A DNA stretch of 64,000 nucleotides from Carcharhinus amblyrhynchos (GCA_965287045.1 OZ336870.1:99882001-99946000); one strand, 5' to 3'. Counted from the stretch's first letter, positions 37,512 through 51,814 are shown. A program made the numbers and translations. The notes: generated by a model not told the origin, from the letters alone.

Positions 37512-37826
37512 AATGGCACATTGGTTAGCACTGCTACCTCACAGCACCCAGGACCTGGGTTCAAATCAGGCTTCAGATGACTGACTATGTGGAGCTTGCA
37601 CGTTCGCCCAATGTCTCTGTGGGTTTCTTTCTGAAGTTCCAGTTTCCTCTAACACTCCAAAGATATGTGGGTTAGGTTGATTGGCCATATTAAATTGCTC
37701 CTTAGCGTCAGGGGGATTAGCAGGGTAAATACGTGTGGTTATGGGGAAAGAGCATGGGTGAGGTTTTTGATGGTGCAAGCTTGATGGGCAAAATGGCCTT
37801 CTTCTGCACTGTCAGGATTCTATAAT
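37512..37826 (+). mobile_element. HE1-type V-SINE with CR1-derived tail
   Basis: Head, V core and tail gatgggcaaaatggccttcttctgcactgtcaggattcta. Confidence 0.82.
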
Positions 37827-40800
37827 TCATATGCAGAAAATATGGCAAAAACAGGAAATGCTGGGTCTTTACAACAAGTCCAATTAGCATCTTGAAATAT
37901 AAATTACAAATTCATTCTTTGGGCCGAGACTTAAGGTCAAAACAGTAGAGCTCTCACAAGAATGTATTCTTCAATCAGGTCATCTTGCCATTCTCAGGAT
38001 CACAAAGATGGAAATTCAAGCAGGGTGGGCCTGTGTTTCTAACTTGAGGCTTTTACAAAAATCGATCCCTATTAGATATGTCAAATTGAGAAGTCAACCC
38101 TTGCTTACCCATCTTTCATCCTTTTGGAAGTTGACAGATATACAGCAATGGAGAAGGCCATCATATCTGTGTTGACTTTTTGAAAGAGCTATCAGATTTA
38201 GTCCCATTCACATGCACTCTCTCAATTACCCTGTGTTTTTTTCTCTTTTTCAAGTGTACATTAAGGTCTCTTTAGAAAGTTACTACTGAATCTAATTCCA
38301 CCATTCTTTCAGGCAGTGTTCCACAACCTAGTAATTTTTTTAAGTTAAAAAAAACTCATCTTCCCCAGTTGAATATTTGGATTTTAATTTGTTTCCATCC
38401 CTAGCATATAATTGGTGCTGGTGTGGTAGTTCTCTCAGAAAGCCAGGGTTGCTGTGGAAAAATGAACTTTCACATGCATGTTGCAGTCTGGAACTATGTA
38501 TAGCAGTAGTAAAGGCTCCAACATCCTTTTCATCCGATAGATGGACCTCCCCCACTCTTGCCACCTGCCATTGACATGTGTTGGAAAGCTATGCAGACTT
38601 ATAATCAACCTCTTTGGCTTTGTTACGGACATTCCTTCCTTGGCCATCATGTCCTGTGGTGGGGTTCATGCCTGGAGTTTCTAACCCAGAACCAGTATGC
38701 TACACACTGCACCATGAAACCTCCTTATAATCTGAACTATTTCTACATGCAGGTTATTTACATGATGAAAGTGCCACTACAGTAAAGGAGCATTGCTTAC
38801 ACCTCGTATTTCCTTTATTTTTTTCTGGACTTCTTATGCCAGTGTTGATGCAATAACCATTAATATCTCAGAGACTTTCACAATTCAGGAGGGGGAAATA
38901 ACTGCAGGAAACCTCAGAAGAGAGCCAACTCTTTTTTCCTAAATGGTTAGCTTGTGATATCATTATTAACATCAACAGAAAGTTGGCAAAATGAATATAG
39001 GATTGTGTCAATGAATTCAGGATCAAAACACAGTGAATGAGACACACACAATTGTGCTGTACCATCTGTCACAACGCTGAGTAATTTTCAGTGCATTCTA
39101 TAGCAGCAGCAGTCACCTCAGAAAGAGTTTGTGCATTTTGCGGATTCTTGAAACTCAGTGACTGTGGGAAGCTAGAGATTGAGGGCAAGGGTTTGGGGTG
39201 GTTACAAGGAGTAGGGATGCAGCAGAAAAAGTAGAAATGGAAAGGCCAGCAATAGAACAATGCCACCATGGGATGGCAGCAGAGGGTGAAACATAGGGGT
39301 AGAAATGAAAGAAGGTGCTCTTGGTGACACACTGGAGGTGGAGGGGTGGGGAGGGAGTGGGGGAAATGGGGAGCGGTGTTAACCTGACCAATTAGTGGAA
39401 AACCACCAGGCTCAGGTAGAAGTAGAGTTACGCCCCTTTTCAATAACTCACGGTAGAAGTCGCTTGGGGGAGAATGACGTGGGAAGAAATATGATTAAAA
39501 AAGGGATTTTCAACAGAATTGAAGGCTTAATAGGAAAGTGTTAAAAGCAGTGTTACATTTCAGGATACGTAAGCACGTACAGAATTTATATAGTTGGACA
39601 TCTCAATTGCTTTAAGCAACGGCCTTTTGATTTTGAAGCCAATAGTCGTCAGATGGATGAAGAGATTCCTGCCAGTATGGGGGTTCCTCGTTGGTTGGGT
39701 AAGCTCTGGTGGCCTCGATGGGTGGAATACTGCACAGAGCAAAGATTGGTCTGTCAAAGGAAGGAATGGTGGAAAAGAGGGCAAACTGGCTGAGGTGAAC
39801 TCCTCAGCTTGCATCATGCCTTGTGCCAACTGATGCAATGCAAACCTCCAGGCACAAGGGGGTAGATTTACAATTGGTTTCGTTGTGAAGAGAAACAACA
39901 GCTAAAGTACTTCTTAATTAAACAGTGACTACTGTCAAAGTGGGAGAAACAGATGGTCCAAATTCTTTGAGTCTCTGACCACCCGGTATGAAACCATGTG
40001 TTTCTGCCCATCTCACAGCATTACTCCCACAAAACAGATGCCCAGTAATGGAAAATTGCACTTTGAATTAGTCATCCACACTCCAGATGTGTTTTGCATA
40101 CATGTATTTTCTACAAATCGATTCTCCATGGCCCTTGGAGCAAATACTATTATCATGTTATCCTGGAGGGAAAGCTGTGGCACAGTGTCAAAGCACAGTC
40201 GCAAACTGCATCCAATGTTTTATTCATGGCACTGAATTAATGCAGGTCGATGCCCAAGATAAGCTTTCCAGGAAATCACAACACTAAATACACACATCGA
40301 CATGCATGAGCAGTGTGTGACAGGAAACACAGGCATGAATAAACAGTTACACAGCTCTGCAGATTGCTCACGGACATCGCGCTCCACATGAGACACACGT
40401 TATGCATTATAAACAAGTTACCCACATAAATACAAAACTCCCAATTCACAGTGAAATACTTTGGTGTTATTTCCATACAGTGTTTATTTGGATAGAATCC
40501 TTTTTCTGGTCAATGATTAATTACAGCAGTTGCACTCTGCCTATCACATAATGAATCAGCATTCATATTTATCATTTAAGTGCTGTACTTTGCAGACTAC
40601 AAAATGTAACTGTATTTCTAAAAACAGTTTAGAGGCATATGCAATATGTTGTTAAGTGCAATAGACTTAGGTTAGAAACTGCTCTGTAAAAAGCTGTTGC
40701 ATTCTGAAAGTTTAGCCTCCCAGTAAATAAACTTCCCGTACAATATAACCACAACATTTTAAAAATTAAAGATGAGATCACTGCTGCTGCCTCAAATTAA

Positions 40801-40963
40801 CTCATTATTATAGGCCCAAGTTCCAAATTACATTGAATTGTATGCCTTGTGATGAACTTCTTGCATAACTAGCAGGACTGATATAACCAATCATCTCCCA
40901 CTTCACACATAGTCAAATCTCGTGTTAGGCTAAATGCAGTCATAGGAAAAGAGCAGGGCTCAC

Positions 40964-41130
40964 CATCATCACATGTGAAGTCCTGGATTGCTACATCCTG
41001 GATCGGAATTTCCTTCAAGAAATAGGGCTTCTGACAGCGAGGGTTTCCAGTGACTATGCGTTTCTTTCTCAACCACTCACCCAACCAGGCCAGATGACAA
41101 TTGCAGTTAAAGGGATTGGCCAGCAGATTT
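40964..41130 (-). CDS. SLIT2: SLIT2 exon (~20), LRR domain 3 C-cap, 167 nt
   Basis: cttcag|...|gtgagc. Translates [55 protein letters not shown]. Confidence 0.97.
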
Positions 41131-42049
41131 CTGAAGAGACCAGGAAAGGATTAATCACAGCGAAAATGACCTTAGTTTCAGTGTAACCCATTACAAGTCA
41201 ACACATAATAAGAAACAATACTTATCTAGAAGTGTGGCTTTTGGTATAGCTTTGCCTAAAATCTTGCTTAGTTTACAGCAACAAATGTGCACTAAATTTT
41301 ATTTCAATTACTATACAAATGACACAAAAGCACTGTTGACATTTAGTTAACCCGCCCTATATGGAGTTAACTATTAATGGTGTAGTGAGCAATAAATGAA
41401 ATCAGGTTGGAAATGACCAAAACGATTTAATTCTCAATATTTTTCTTGTTTTCCAGTATGACCATATTGTTGGCATCTTGTAATCTGACACAGCCCATGG
41501 TTTATAGAATAAGGTCTAGCATAAATAAATGCAGGCGACACTGAAGTCTGCATCAGGGTTGATCACAATGAATTGAAGTACTAGCATTACCATTGAGGTC
41601 TCTACTTTTCCTTTTATTTTGCATTACAACAAACCTTGGATATGGCCAAAGTGCATAACAGACTGAGTACAAAATAAACTGCAGAGGATGAAAACAGTTG
41701 ACGAAAAGTCAAGGCCACTCAGGAAACAGTGATTAAGTGACACGGTTACTCTGAAGTTTAGAGGCTTGCAGATTGCAGGAGGAAGGGAAATTATTGAGGG
41801 AAGGATTTCCAATTTTTATGGTCCAGGAATGAACGAACCAGTTAAATGGAAAGTGGATCAAGATTTGAAAACTGTAAAGGTAAAAGGTCTGACAGAAATT
41901 GGAGTTTAGAGCCAAGAGAAGGATTTGCATTCAGATGATGAGTTTTGTTCAGATGTCCTGGAATGTGAAAAGTGCTAGAAATGTCTCCCAGATGAAGAAC
42001 CAATATTAAAGACTCAGATGGGCTTGGGCTTTATAGCACATAGGGACAC

Positions 42050-43025
42050 AGAACAGGTTTAAGGAGCTAAATTGTCATTTGTTTCTGTCATTCAGTGGAA
42101 TCATGACTGACATTTGATCTAACTCCATTTACCTGCTTTTGTCCCATATCCCTTAATACATTTGGTTAACAAAATATTAGCAATTTCAGATTTTACATTA
42201 ATGATTTATCTAGTGTCAGTTGCTACTTTTTCCAAGTTTTTACCACCCACATCGTGCAGGAGAGTTTCCTAACTTCCCTCCTCAAAGAACTCTAAAGAAG
42301 AGTCATTAGGACTCAAAATGTTAACCCTGTTTCTCTCGCTACAAATGCTGCCAGATCTGCTGAGTATTTCCAGCATTGTCTGTTATTATTTCACTCCTGA
42401 AAGGCTGAATCAAATTTTTAGACTCTGCCCTCTTGTCCTGAACTTACCAATGGGCAGAAGTAGTTTCTCTTTACCTATCTGATCTGTCCCCCAAAACTTC
42501 AATTAAATCACCCCTTAGCCATCTAAATTTCAGAGAATACAGTCCACGTCATGCAATCTCATCTTGTAATTTAATGCTTTAAATCCAGATATCATTCTGG
42601 TAAATTTACACTGCACTCGCATTAAGGATAATATATACTTCCTAAAGTGTGGTTCCCAGAACTGTTCAAGTATCTCAATGCAGTCTAACCATGGCTTTGC
42701 ACAGTGGCAACATAACTTTAACCACCTTGTATTCCAATTCTCTAGTTATAAAGACCAACATTTCATGAATTATTTTCTGTAACCTGTCCATGATGTTTTA
42801 TAGAATCATAGAGCTTTAAAGCACAGAAAGAGGCCTTTGGCCCATCTTGTCTGTGACCACCATCAAGCACGTATTATAATACCATTTTCCAGCACTTGGT
42901 ATATAGATGTGTAGGCTATGGCATTTCAAGTGCTCATCTAAATGCTCCTTTAATTATTAATATTTGTGGGCTCTCATGTTTCTTTTAAATTCTATTGTTT
43001 CTCACTTTTCACCATTTAGGAAATA
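42050..43025 (-). mobile_element. Decayed CR1 fragment with a nested family-B Penelope-like piece (~42285-42393) and a second CR1 tail (~42800-42950)
   Basis: CR1-like sequence interrupted by ctaaagaagagtcattaggactcaaaatgttaac...cagcattgtctgttattatttca and by atagaatcatagag...aggcctttggccc. Confidence 0.55.
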
Positions 43026-44035
43026 TACTGTCCTAACCTTTTAGTTTTCAGGAATGAGTTTGAATGTTATCAACCCAACATCTGATGGGTATGGGCTCAT
43101 ACAACTCAAAACTGCTCCTCAGAAGCTGCTGCGATAAATGGAAAGAGTTGAGAGGAAATCTTTTTCTGTGATTGGGGTGAAGGTGCATCATATAGCAGCA
43201 GGCAGCATGCTGTATACCTGATCAAGGTGCTCAGTGCTGGTGCTAGTTGCCCAATATGGAAAATTGCTTCATTCACTCATCTTAATTAAGACAAAAAGCA
43301 AAACACTTTGGCATGAGAAAAGCTTGGAGGCTTTTGAAGGAAAACATTTGAAGGAAAAGCTTTGAGCTGAGCATTGTACTGATCATTATGCAATCGTGGA
43401 ATCACACAGCAACAGCTGCCAAGGTGAGCTTTGCTGGGATGAATGTTCTTTATAGTCCCAAACACTTATTGTGCTTCTCTGACATGTTCTGGGTTTGAAA
43501 GAAACCATGCAATCCAGAACAAAATGCATTATTGGTTGCAGCTCACTTAGCTGTAATTTAAATTGTCAATGAGCTTTTAGCACATGGTCAAACTGTGCTG
43601 AACTAATAAATAGGTAATTCAATCCAAAGATGAAAAGGGGAAGCTGCAGCAACTTACTCTCAGATTGGATCTTGACTTTACGAAGGCCATTTCATTAACA
43701 GGCCAATTTCAGACCCCCATCACTTACTTGCACAAACAAATAGGTTTCCCTTTGGAGCTGACAGCTGCACTGATTATACTGATTACATGTCACTTACAAA
43801 AAATGAATTTCCTACTGAGAGTTCCTTTGCCCTCGATAACCAATCAACCCTCAGCCAGAAAATCTATAGGCATGAATAAACATAAAGAGTGCTTGTATTC
43901 TTGTGTAAAATTAGATGACAGGTTAAAATGCTTTGGCCTACATGCAAAGAACACAAGCCATCAATACTAAAATTGAAATCCCAGTTTGCTGAACTATCCA
44001 TTTGTAGGCTCTTCATCTATCTCTTAACAACTTAC

Positions 44036-44179
44036 AGCGTGGATAGAGAATGGAGAGTGTCAAAAGCTCCTGGAGAAATGGTAGTTATCTGATTGTCGTA
44101 GAGTGAGAGCAGACGAACAGAACTGAGGCCTGTGAATGTGTTATTGCTGACGCAACTAATCTTATTGCTCCTCAGCATC
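44036..44179 (-). CDS. SLIT2: SLIT2 exon (~19), two LRRs, 144 nt
   Basis: ctgtag|...|gtaagt. Translates [47 protein letters not shown](L). Confidence 0.96.
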
Positions 44180-45309
44180 CTACAGGGTAGAAAACAGAAA
44201 CATGGTCAGGGGTAGCTTTGTGAGATGGGCCATCCATAATCCATCCAGTTGACACACAGAGACAAACTCTTGTCTAAAATTGTAATTTTTCATAGTCAGA
44301 AAGTAAATACTGTTTAAAGAAAAGCACCGCTTTAAGATTTGACCATTTAAAATTGGTTACAAAATGTCTATGGGTACTTAGAAATAGAGGGAGGAGCCTC
44401 CATCACTCTAATTATACCGATGACATTGTACTAAGATAAATTGCCACATAGACTGAAAGCACTTTACTTTCGATGGAAATGAATAGACCACAGGATCTTA
44501 TAAATATCTGAAACATTCAGGAGCAGCTGAGCGTGCTAGATTATAAGAGCGAAGTAACTTCATGGCATTATCTGTGGATTAAAAAAAAAGCTTGTGCTTT
44601 GGAATTGACTCATATCCTAAAGCACTTTTGGCCCATTTGAGACAGAAACACACTTTTATACTTAAATACTTAAATTAAACAAAACAAGTGATGCTTCAAT
44701 ATGGCAACTGCGTTTCTTAATGCTGATCCCTTCCTATTCTGCAGATGTAATAATAATTCAAACAGCTCTCATTGCGAAAGTCTGGTCCTTCATCAGCATG
44801 TAGGTCCCAAAGCTTTTTATACATACTCTGACCTTTAGCTTGCTATCTCTGGGCTCAACCAGAGGTATCTTTCTGGCTGGAAGGATAACAGATTAATGGC
44901 CATGACATTTGTAAATCCAGTATTCATTTTTACAGATTAGATATGTTGAAAAACTCATCCTTTGGTACAGCAGAAGCAAAAATTGTTCAGCAAACTATCC
45001 ATGTCTATCCATGCCTTCATATCACAATACATAACTTGGCATAACTTTGTTCAGTCCTGATGACAGAAGAATTCTTAACTGATCATTTCGCCTCCAGTTT
45101 TCTCTATTCTTCTCCAATGAAGAAAATACAGATTGTCATCCCTCCGATGATAACTGTTTACAAAAACTATGACATCTACCACCAAGAAAGCCAAGGGCAT
45201 CAGGTGGATGGGGACTCCATTGCCTCCAAATTCCCCTCTAGGTCACATACCACACTGACTTGGAGGTGTACAGCCATCCTTCACTGCCTTAGGCTCTTGT
45301 CGGAAAATC

Positions 45310-45608
45310 TAAGACAGGTGTCATATTCTCAGAGTTAGGGGTCACCCATACAGAGATGAAGAGGAATTTCTTCTTTCAGAGGGTAGTGAATTCTTCACCA
45401 CAGAGGGTTGTAGAGGTTGGGTCATTAAGAATGTTCAAGGCTGAGACAGACAAGATATTTAATCAGTAAGGGAATCAAGGGTTATGGTGATAAGGCAAGA
45501 AAGTGGAGTTGAGGATTATCATATCAGATCAGTCATGATCTCATTGAATGGTAGAGCAGGCTCGAAGAACCGAATGGCCTTCTTCTGCTCCCATATCTTA
45601 TGGGCTTA
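45310..45608 (+). mobile_element. CR1 LINE 3' end
   Basis: gagatgaagaggaatttcttctttcagagggtagtgaat...gaatggccttcttctgctcc. Confidence 0.75.
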
Positions 45609-45649
45609 TAGTTTTATTGGAAGTCAGCCCCTGCCTTTTCCATTGAAGA

Positions 45650-46750
45650 TGATGTGGAGATGCCGGCGTTGGATTGGGGTAAACACAGTAAGAAGTCTCA
45701 CAACACCGGGTTAAAGTCCAACAGGTTTATTTGGTAGTAAATGCCACTAGCTTTCACAGCACTCCTCCTTCGTCAGTGGGGAGCTCTGATCACAAACAGG
45801 GCATATAAAGGCACACACAGTTTACAGAATACTGTTTAGAATGCGAGTTTTTACACCTAATCAAGTCTTAAAGGTGCAGACAATGCGAGTGGAGATAGCA
45901 TTAAGCATAGGTTAAAAAGATGTGTATGGTCTCCAGACAGGACAGTTAGTGAGGTTTTGCAAACCCAGGCAAGTCATGGGGGTTACAGATAATGTGACAT
46001 GAACCCAAGATCCCAGTTGAGGCCAGCCTCATGTGTGCGGAACTTGGTTATCAGTCTCGCTCAGCGACTCTGCACTGTCGTGTGTCGTGAAGGCTGCCTT
46101 GGAGAACGTTCACCTGAAGATCAAAGGCTGAATGCCCATGACCACTGAAGCGTTCGCAAAGGAAGGGAACAGTCTTGCCTGGTGATTGTCGAGTGGTGTT
46201 CATTCATCTGTTGTCGTAGCGCCTGCATGGTCTCCCCAGTGTACCATGCTTTGGGATATCCTTTCCTGCAGTGTATCAGGTAGACAACATTGGCCACTGC
46301 AAGAGTATGCACTTGGGGGATGGTGTTCTCACATGAGATGATGGCATCCATGTCGATGATCCGGCATGTCTTGCACAGGTTGCTGTGGCAGGGTTGTGTG
46401 GTGTTGCGGTCACTGTGAACATCTTGGGTTCATGTCACACTATCTGTAACCCCCATGAGTTGCCTGGTCTTGCAACATCTCACTTATTGTCTGTCTGGAG
46501 ACAATACACATCTCTTTAACCTGTGCTTAATGCTATCTCTACTCACATTATCTACACCTTTAAGACTTGATTAGGTGTAAAGACTCACATTCTAATCAGT
46601 ATTCTGTAAACTGTGTGTGCCTTTATATGCCCTGTTTGTGATCAGAACTCACCACTTACCTGATGAAGAAGCAGTGCTCTGAAAGCTAGTGATGTTTACT
46701 ACAAAATAAACCTGTTGGACTTTAACCTGGTGTTGTGAGACTTTTTACTG
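45650..46750 (-). mobile_element. Penelope-like element: GIY-YIG endonuclease remnant plus terminal repeat and an inverted copy of the repeat (family A)
   Basis: ORF 46121-46351(-) contains NVVYLIHCRKGYPKAWYTGETMQALRQQMNEH, a GIY-YIG pattern (VVY-x-C...YxGET...R). ~330-bp inverted arms at 45686-46010 and 46417-46750. Hammerhead-like motifs in both arms. Confidence 0.85.
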
Positions 46751-47269
46751 TTTTCAATTTCTATTTTCATCACCTGTGGTGTCTCCCGTCCTGCGATCAC
46801 TATCCTACTTCATTTGTCTCTCTATTAGGGCTCGATTGATGATCCATGATGTAGGCCCCAGTGCTGTACTGCCAATTAGAGAGCTAGCACTGATTGGTGG
46901 TAGCTCACGGGTATGGAATATTCACGTCCACGCTAGGTGGTTATGATGATTTAATGTCCCCAGAGGAACTGCAAGCCTCATAGACAGGGTTCCTGCTACC
47001 AATTAGGCACTTTATTCTGTTGGGATTCCTGGAGATGGGGTTGGCAGAGGTGCCACCGGTTTTGACTTTGGAGGTTGGGAACCCTGCTGCCCATGTTAAT
47101 TTCTGTTCAATTATGTGAATCCTGTCAAAAATGCACCACTCAAAAATACATCTGATCTCACTGGGATTAAAATTATACATGGCTCTTCTCTCCCCTCTCG
47201 CAATAAAAATGTCATCAGTTTTTTTGCAAAACAACATAAAAATTCGCGAAGACTTATTCCTTTAGAAAG

Positions 47270-47640
47270 AGAGAACTTGCATTTATGCAGTCTCTCACCA
47301 TGTCCCCAGGATTACAATATCTTGGTTATTTCTGAAGTGCTGTTATGCAGGCAACTATCTCTGCGCACAGCAAGGTACCTTAAGTAGAAAAGGATAGGAG
47401 GCCAATTAATCTGTATTGATGAAGTAAGCAATGTTAGCTGGAACATTAGGTATAGTCACCACTTGCATTTAAATATCTTTTGCATTTGGATTTTTTTCAC
47501 CAACCTAAACAACCACACAAGGTTCCAAGTTTAATAATACCTTGAAGTGCAGCTTTCCCTCATAACTGCACTGAAATATGAGCATAGCTGAGCTTAAATG
47601 CTCAACTTTATGATTCAGAGGTAATGGTGCAACCAAGTGA
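47270..47640 (-). mobile_element. Old DeuSINE-like (SacSINE1/AmnSINE1-related) remnant
   Basis: Begins aacttgcatttat.... Degenerate reverse complement of 59860-60235. Confidence 0.4.
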
Positions 47641-48323
47641 TCCAGGATTATACCAATAAATACTCCCCATCATTAACTGATTTGACATAAAACACTCTTA
47701 CATTTGCAGAGTACCGCACACCGTGCATTTAAGTAATCTAGTTTCTATAATCCTAATGGTTTGACGGTGACACATTCTCCTGGGTAATGTAAGCATAGGG
47801 CAGAATGCAGAAAAGCACTTTCCCATTGGAATGTCAGATGAGCCTACAGTCATAAGTAGCATGCTGCTGTGATTAAAACAGGTTTTAACCTTGTGTGTTC
47901 TTCTTGTAAAATCTGAACAGAAATGTAATAGTGCACTTAATACCTGCAGCATCATGTCTGTAAGGCCTATCTCCATTTGATTTAGTGTTCGGGTAACTTA
48001 CATCATTATACTTAAGGTAAAAATAAAAGGTCAGTGTGCTTTGAATATATTGATCAAAAATTAGAAATGCTGATTTCTTGATTAAATGTAAACATGTCCA
48101 ACTCTTTTCTCCAGATTGAATGCTGCATTTCAGTCTGTGTGTGCATAATCTAAACCCATGGGAAAAAAACTGAGCAAAGCATCTGAGGAGATAATGACAT
48201 TATCTATAATGAGATTGTTTTCATTGAATCAATAGACTAAGAAAAACTCGGGAGACAGTTGTTGCAAGCTAACTCGTCCTGTTGCGCAAAATGGAAAACT
48301 AACGGCAAAATTGTTTCACTTAC

Positions 48324-48467
48324 AGTGTTTTAAGACTATCCAGGCCTTTGAACATTTTGCGATGCACAATTTCCAGGCGGTTACCCGTCAGCAGGACTTC
48401 ATTTACACCAGTAGCTCCCTCGAATACGCCCTCCTCAATATCTGTAATCTTATTATTGCTCAAATTT
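48324..48467 (-). CDS. SLIT2: SLIT2 exon (~18), two LRRs, 144 nt
   Basis: ttttag|...|gtaagt. Translates [47 protein letters not shown](L). Confidence 0.96.
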
Positions 48468-51400
48468 CTAAAAGACAAAGCATGGAAGGAATTCAGAAAC
48501 TTACAGGCTTAATTGAAAGTATTACCAGAGCTGGGCTTAGATGTCAGGTTTCATCAAGTGAGCACTGCCTTATATGAATATAGGAAATAAATATTGAACA
48601 GTAGGCATTTTCCTCAGTTCGCAATCTGATGGAGGTGTTAAAGGTCAGGCCAATTAAATTCTATCAATACAATCAGACAGCAAAGCAAATTGTCTCTCCC
48701 CAATAAATGCAAGGAAGGTATTTACGCCCTCCAACAGAACACAATTCTGGGACGCTTGTGACACAAATGATTAACATTTGGAACAGAATCTACACCTTGC
48801 TCCCTTTAAGTTGAACGTAAAATTGTGCTAAGGGCAGTGCTTCTGCCGGCTGCCTCAAATGACAGGAATCCTAGAAATCAGATGTAAACCTAAGGGGCCC
48901 ATTGGAACCTATATCAATTGAGGGTGGTGATAGGTTCTATTCCAGGCCTGACGTAGGCTGCAAAGTTAAGACTGAATGCAATAGCATTGACCACCATTGC
49001 AGCAAGGACAGTGAGCTTAGCCGACCTACCCTTTTGGCCTGAGCAACCTCATCCATGTTGTCTCAGGATGCAGGCTGCTGCTCTGAGATTACTCTGTCTC
49101 CACTGGGAAAGGGTCTCTGCTGCATATCCACTCCTACTACTTAAATGATTCTGCTCTTTGGATTTGGATGAGGACATGCCCAGATTAAAAACAGTAAGTA
49201 GAATTTCCACCTCATGACATTCTTGCTAGCAAAAGAGCAAATTCAAGTTTTTATTTTTACACTTCGGCATTCAAACCAAAATGTGCTCGATGCTGTGTGA
49301 TACTGACCCAATGTGCTGTAGGCAAGGTTTTGATTTCACACATCATCTGAAAACAGTTCTGTATTATTCATTCTCAGGATGTGGATATCACTGGCAAGAC
49401 AAAATTTATTCCCCATCCCTAGCTGCTCTTGAGAAAGTGGTAGTTGGAGTTCTTCTTGAACTGTTACATTTTCTGATTGTCCTGTCCACTTAATTGTAAC
49501 AAGATGTAAGCTCTTATTGATTAATAAATGAAAAATTAGTGCCTTCTGAAAGTGATACCAAGCCATATGGACCAGGAATATGGTCTTAATGTTGGATTTT
49601 TGCAAAAGTAAGTAATGGCATCGATATTTACTGGGAGGCAAGAGAGAGTGTGATGGGGGAAGGGAAGGAAACATGGAAATCTTACAGGCATTTTATTTTC
49701 TTTTTCCCAGTTCCCAAACAGCCAAACTGGTGGGCTGGTTGCCTGGTGAGAAAGCAGGAGGCTGCAGTCAGGGACACTTGGGTACAATCCCTGTCAATCG
49801 AGAGTGTGAGGGGGTAAGACCGCACATTGTACATTTTTCTAAATTATATATAGATAAGTCATCGTTGTTCATAAATTTTTAAAATCTGAACGAAGACCTT
49901 TAAAATGGTTGAAACTGTGCCTGTCTGTGACTCCTGAACAAAAGAAGCCACTTTGCATTTTTAGGATAATCCACACCTCATTATCTCTCAGGAAACACTA
50001 ACAGTCCCTGTGTATAGCCCAACTTTAAAAAGGGTTATATAAAGGCCATCTGCATTTAATAGTCCAGGCGAGCCAGAAGAAGATGGATTATCTACTAAGA
50101 CATAGGCACCTCAACCTTCTTTTCAACTCCTAATGGTGAAAATCCAAACGATGGATATACATCCATTGTCAAAGATGATGGAGAGGTGGGAGTCATGTGA
50201 AATGAGCCTCTGGCATGTGCAACAAGTAATACTCCCTTGATAAACTGTTCAGTCTGCTGTTTAACATCTGACTAGCAGGCCACACTGAAGGAGCTCTGGC
50301 CCAAGTTGGACACTGAGTGCCATCTACCTTGCCTCTAATGGAAGTTCTGTGCCATTGCCTATTAGATCAACTCATCTCTGTATGCCTATCTCATTGTGTG
50401 AAGTCAACACCATTGAAAAAATGAATTATACAGCATTGGTTTTCAATCCAATGACCTCAGTGAAGGAATACCTCATTTGAATTTGATTCTGGACTCTGGA
50501 ATACACATGAGCCTACATTTATTTTCTCTGTGGTCTCTGCACTATAAATCCTTATTTTTCCTGTCTCTTTCTTTAATATCTGAATGTAGAGGTGACATTC
50601 TGACCTTCTTCCTGTGTTTTGACTGTGTGCAATTAAACTAACCCTTTGAGTTCATCTTATTTTGAGTTTGCTGTGGGATTGTTAATAGAAAATTTGATTA
50701 TGCTAAAACTGGGAAATACTCCACTGCTGATAAACAAGGAAAAAAATCAAAACGCCTTACTGTTCCCAGATAGGTGATGAAAGGAGGCATCAGTGCTGTT
50801 TAAATTTAAATAAGAGTGACAAGGACTCAGGATTGAAATGTGGGGCAACGGAGGAATGGAGCAAGCAGGGGGCAATGGAGCTGTTCGGAGAGTAAAGAGC
50901 TCAGTAACTGGAGGGGAAGGTCAGGGCTAAGGATCAGAATTCAACGGGAGGCTCGAATTTGGGGCTTGGCGGAGGAATGACACCAATTGCAACGCTGAGG
51001 CGAGGCCATGCTTTGCAAAAGGCTTCCCTTGAGTGACTGGATGTGACAGTATTACATCAGCACTATCAACCTATGAAAATTAGCTGTTGAATGAAGGCAG
51101 AGTTGGGCATGGTTGTGCTGTCCATACAGTCAACCATCCATTTCAGCTCATGGATAAAGAAGACCCACTTGTTATCTGTAGAATCCCACAGAGGTATTAA
51201 CTAAAACTTTCAGAAAGAAAGTACTTGCATTTATATAGCACTTTTCTTAACCACAAGTAGTCACTGTTGTAGGAATATAGCAGCAATCTGTACACAGCAT
51301 AGTGCCACAAAGAGCAATGAAATAACTAACCAGATAATTTGTTTTAGTTATGCTGTTTAAGTGATATGTGTTAGAATAGTTACTGCACAGGCCTGTCGAA

Positions 51401-51557
51401 CCTGTGCCAGCTCTCTGAAACAGGAATTTAGCTAGTCCCAATTAGTACTTCCTCTCAGCTGCACGAGTGCACAGCGATCAAGAATATACAGTACAGAGTA
51501 CCTAGAGGTCCAGCACAAATGGCTGAGCAGCAACCTTAAAGGGCCAGCTAATCTCCT

Positions 51558-51753
51558 GACACAATTTAGCATGGCCAATCAGCCTAACCCGCACACCTTT
51601 GGATTGTGGGAGGAAACTGGAGTGCCTGGAGGAAACCCATGCAGGCACATTGAGAACATGCAAACGCCACACAGACAGTAACCTGAAGCTGGGAATCGAA
51701 CTCTGGCCCCCGGTGCTGTGAGGCAACAGTGCTAACCACTGTGCCACCGTGCC
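51558..51753 (-). mobile_element. V-SINE (HE1-like), 3'-truncated
   Basis: caatttagcatggccaatc...gtgctaaccactgtgccaccgtgcc. Confidence 0.85.
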
Positions 51754-51814
51754 ACATTGATTCTACCTGAATTTATTATGGTTTTCTAAATGCCCTGCTG
51801 CTACCTTCTTAATT

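Noticed and set aside
49926-50821. Possible TG...CA solo LTR
   Set aside because: The termini are suggestive, but there is no target-site duplication or second copy in the window, so it cannot be supported.
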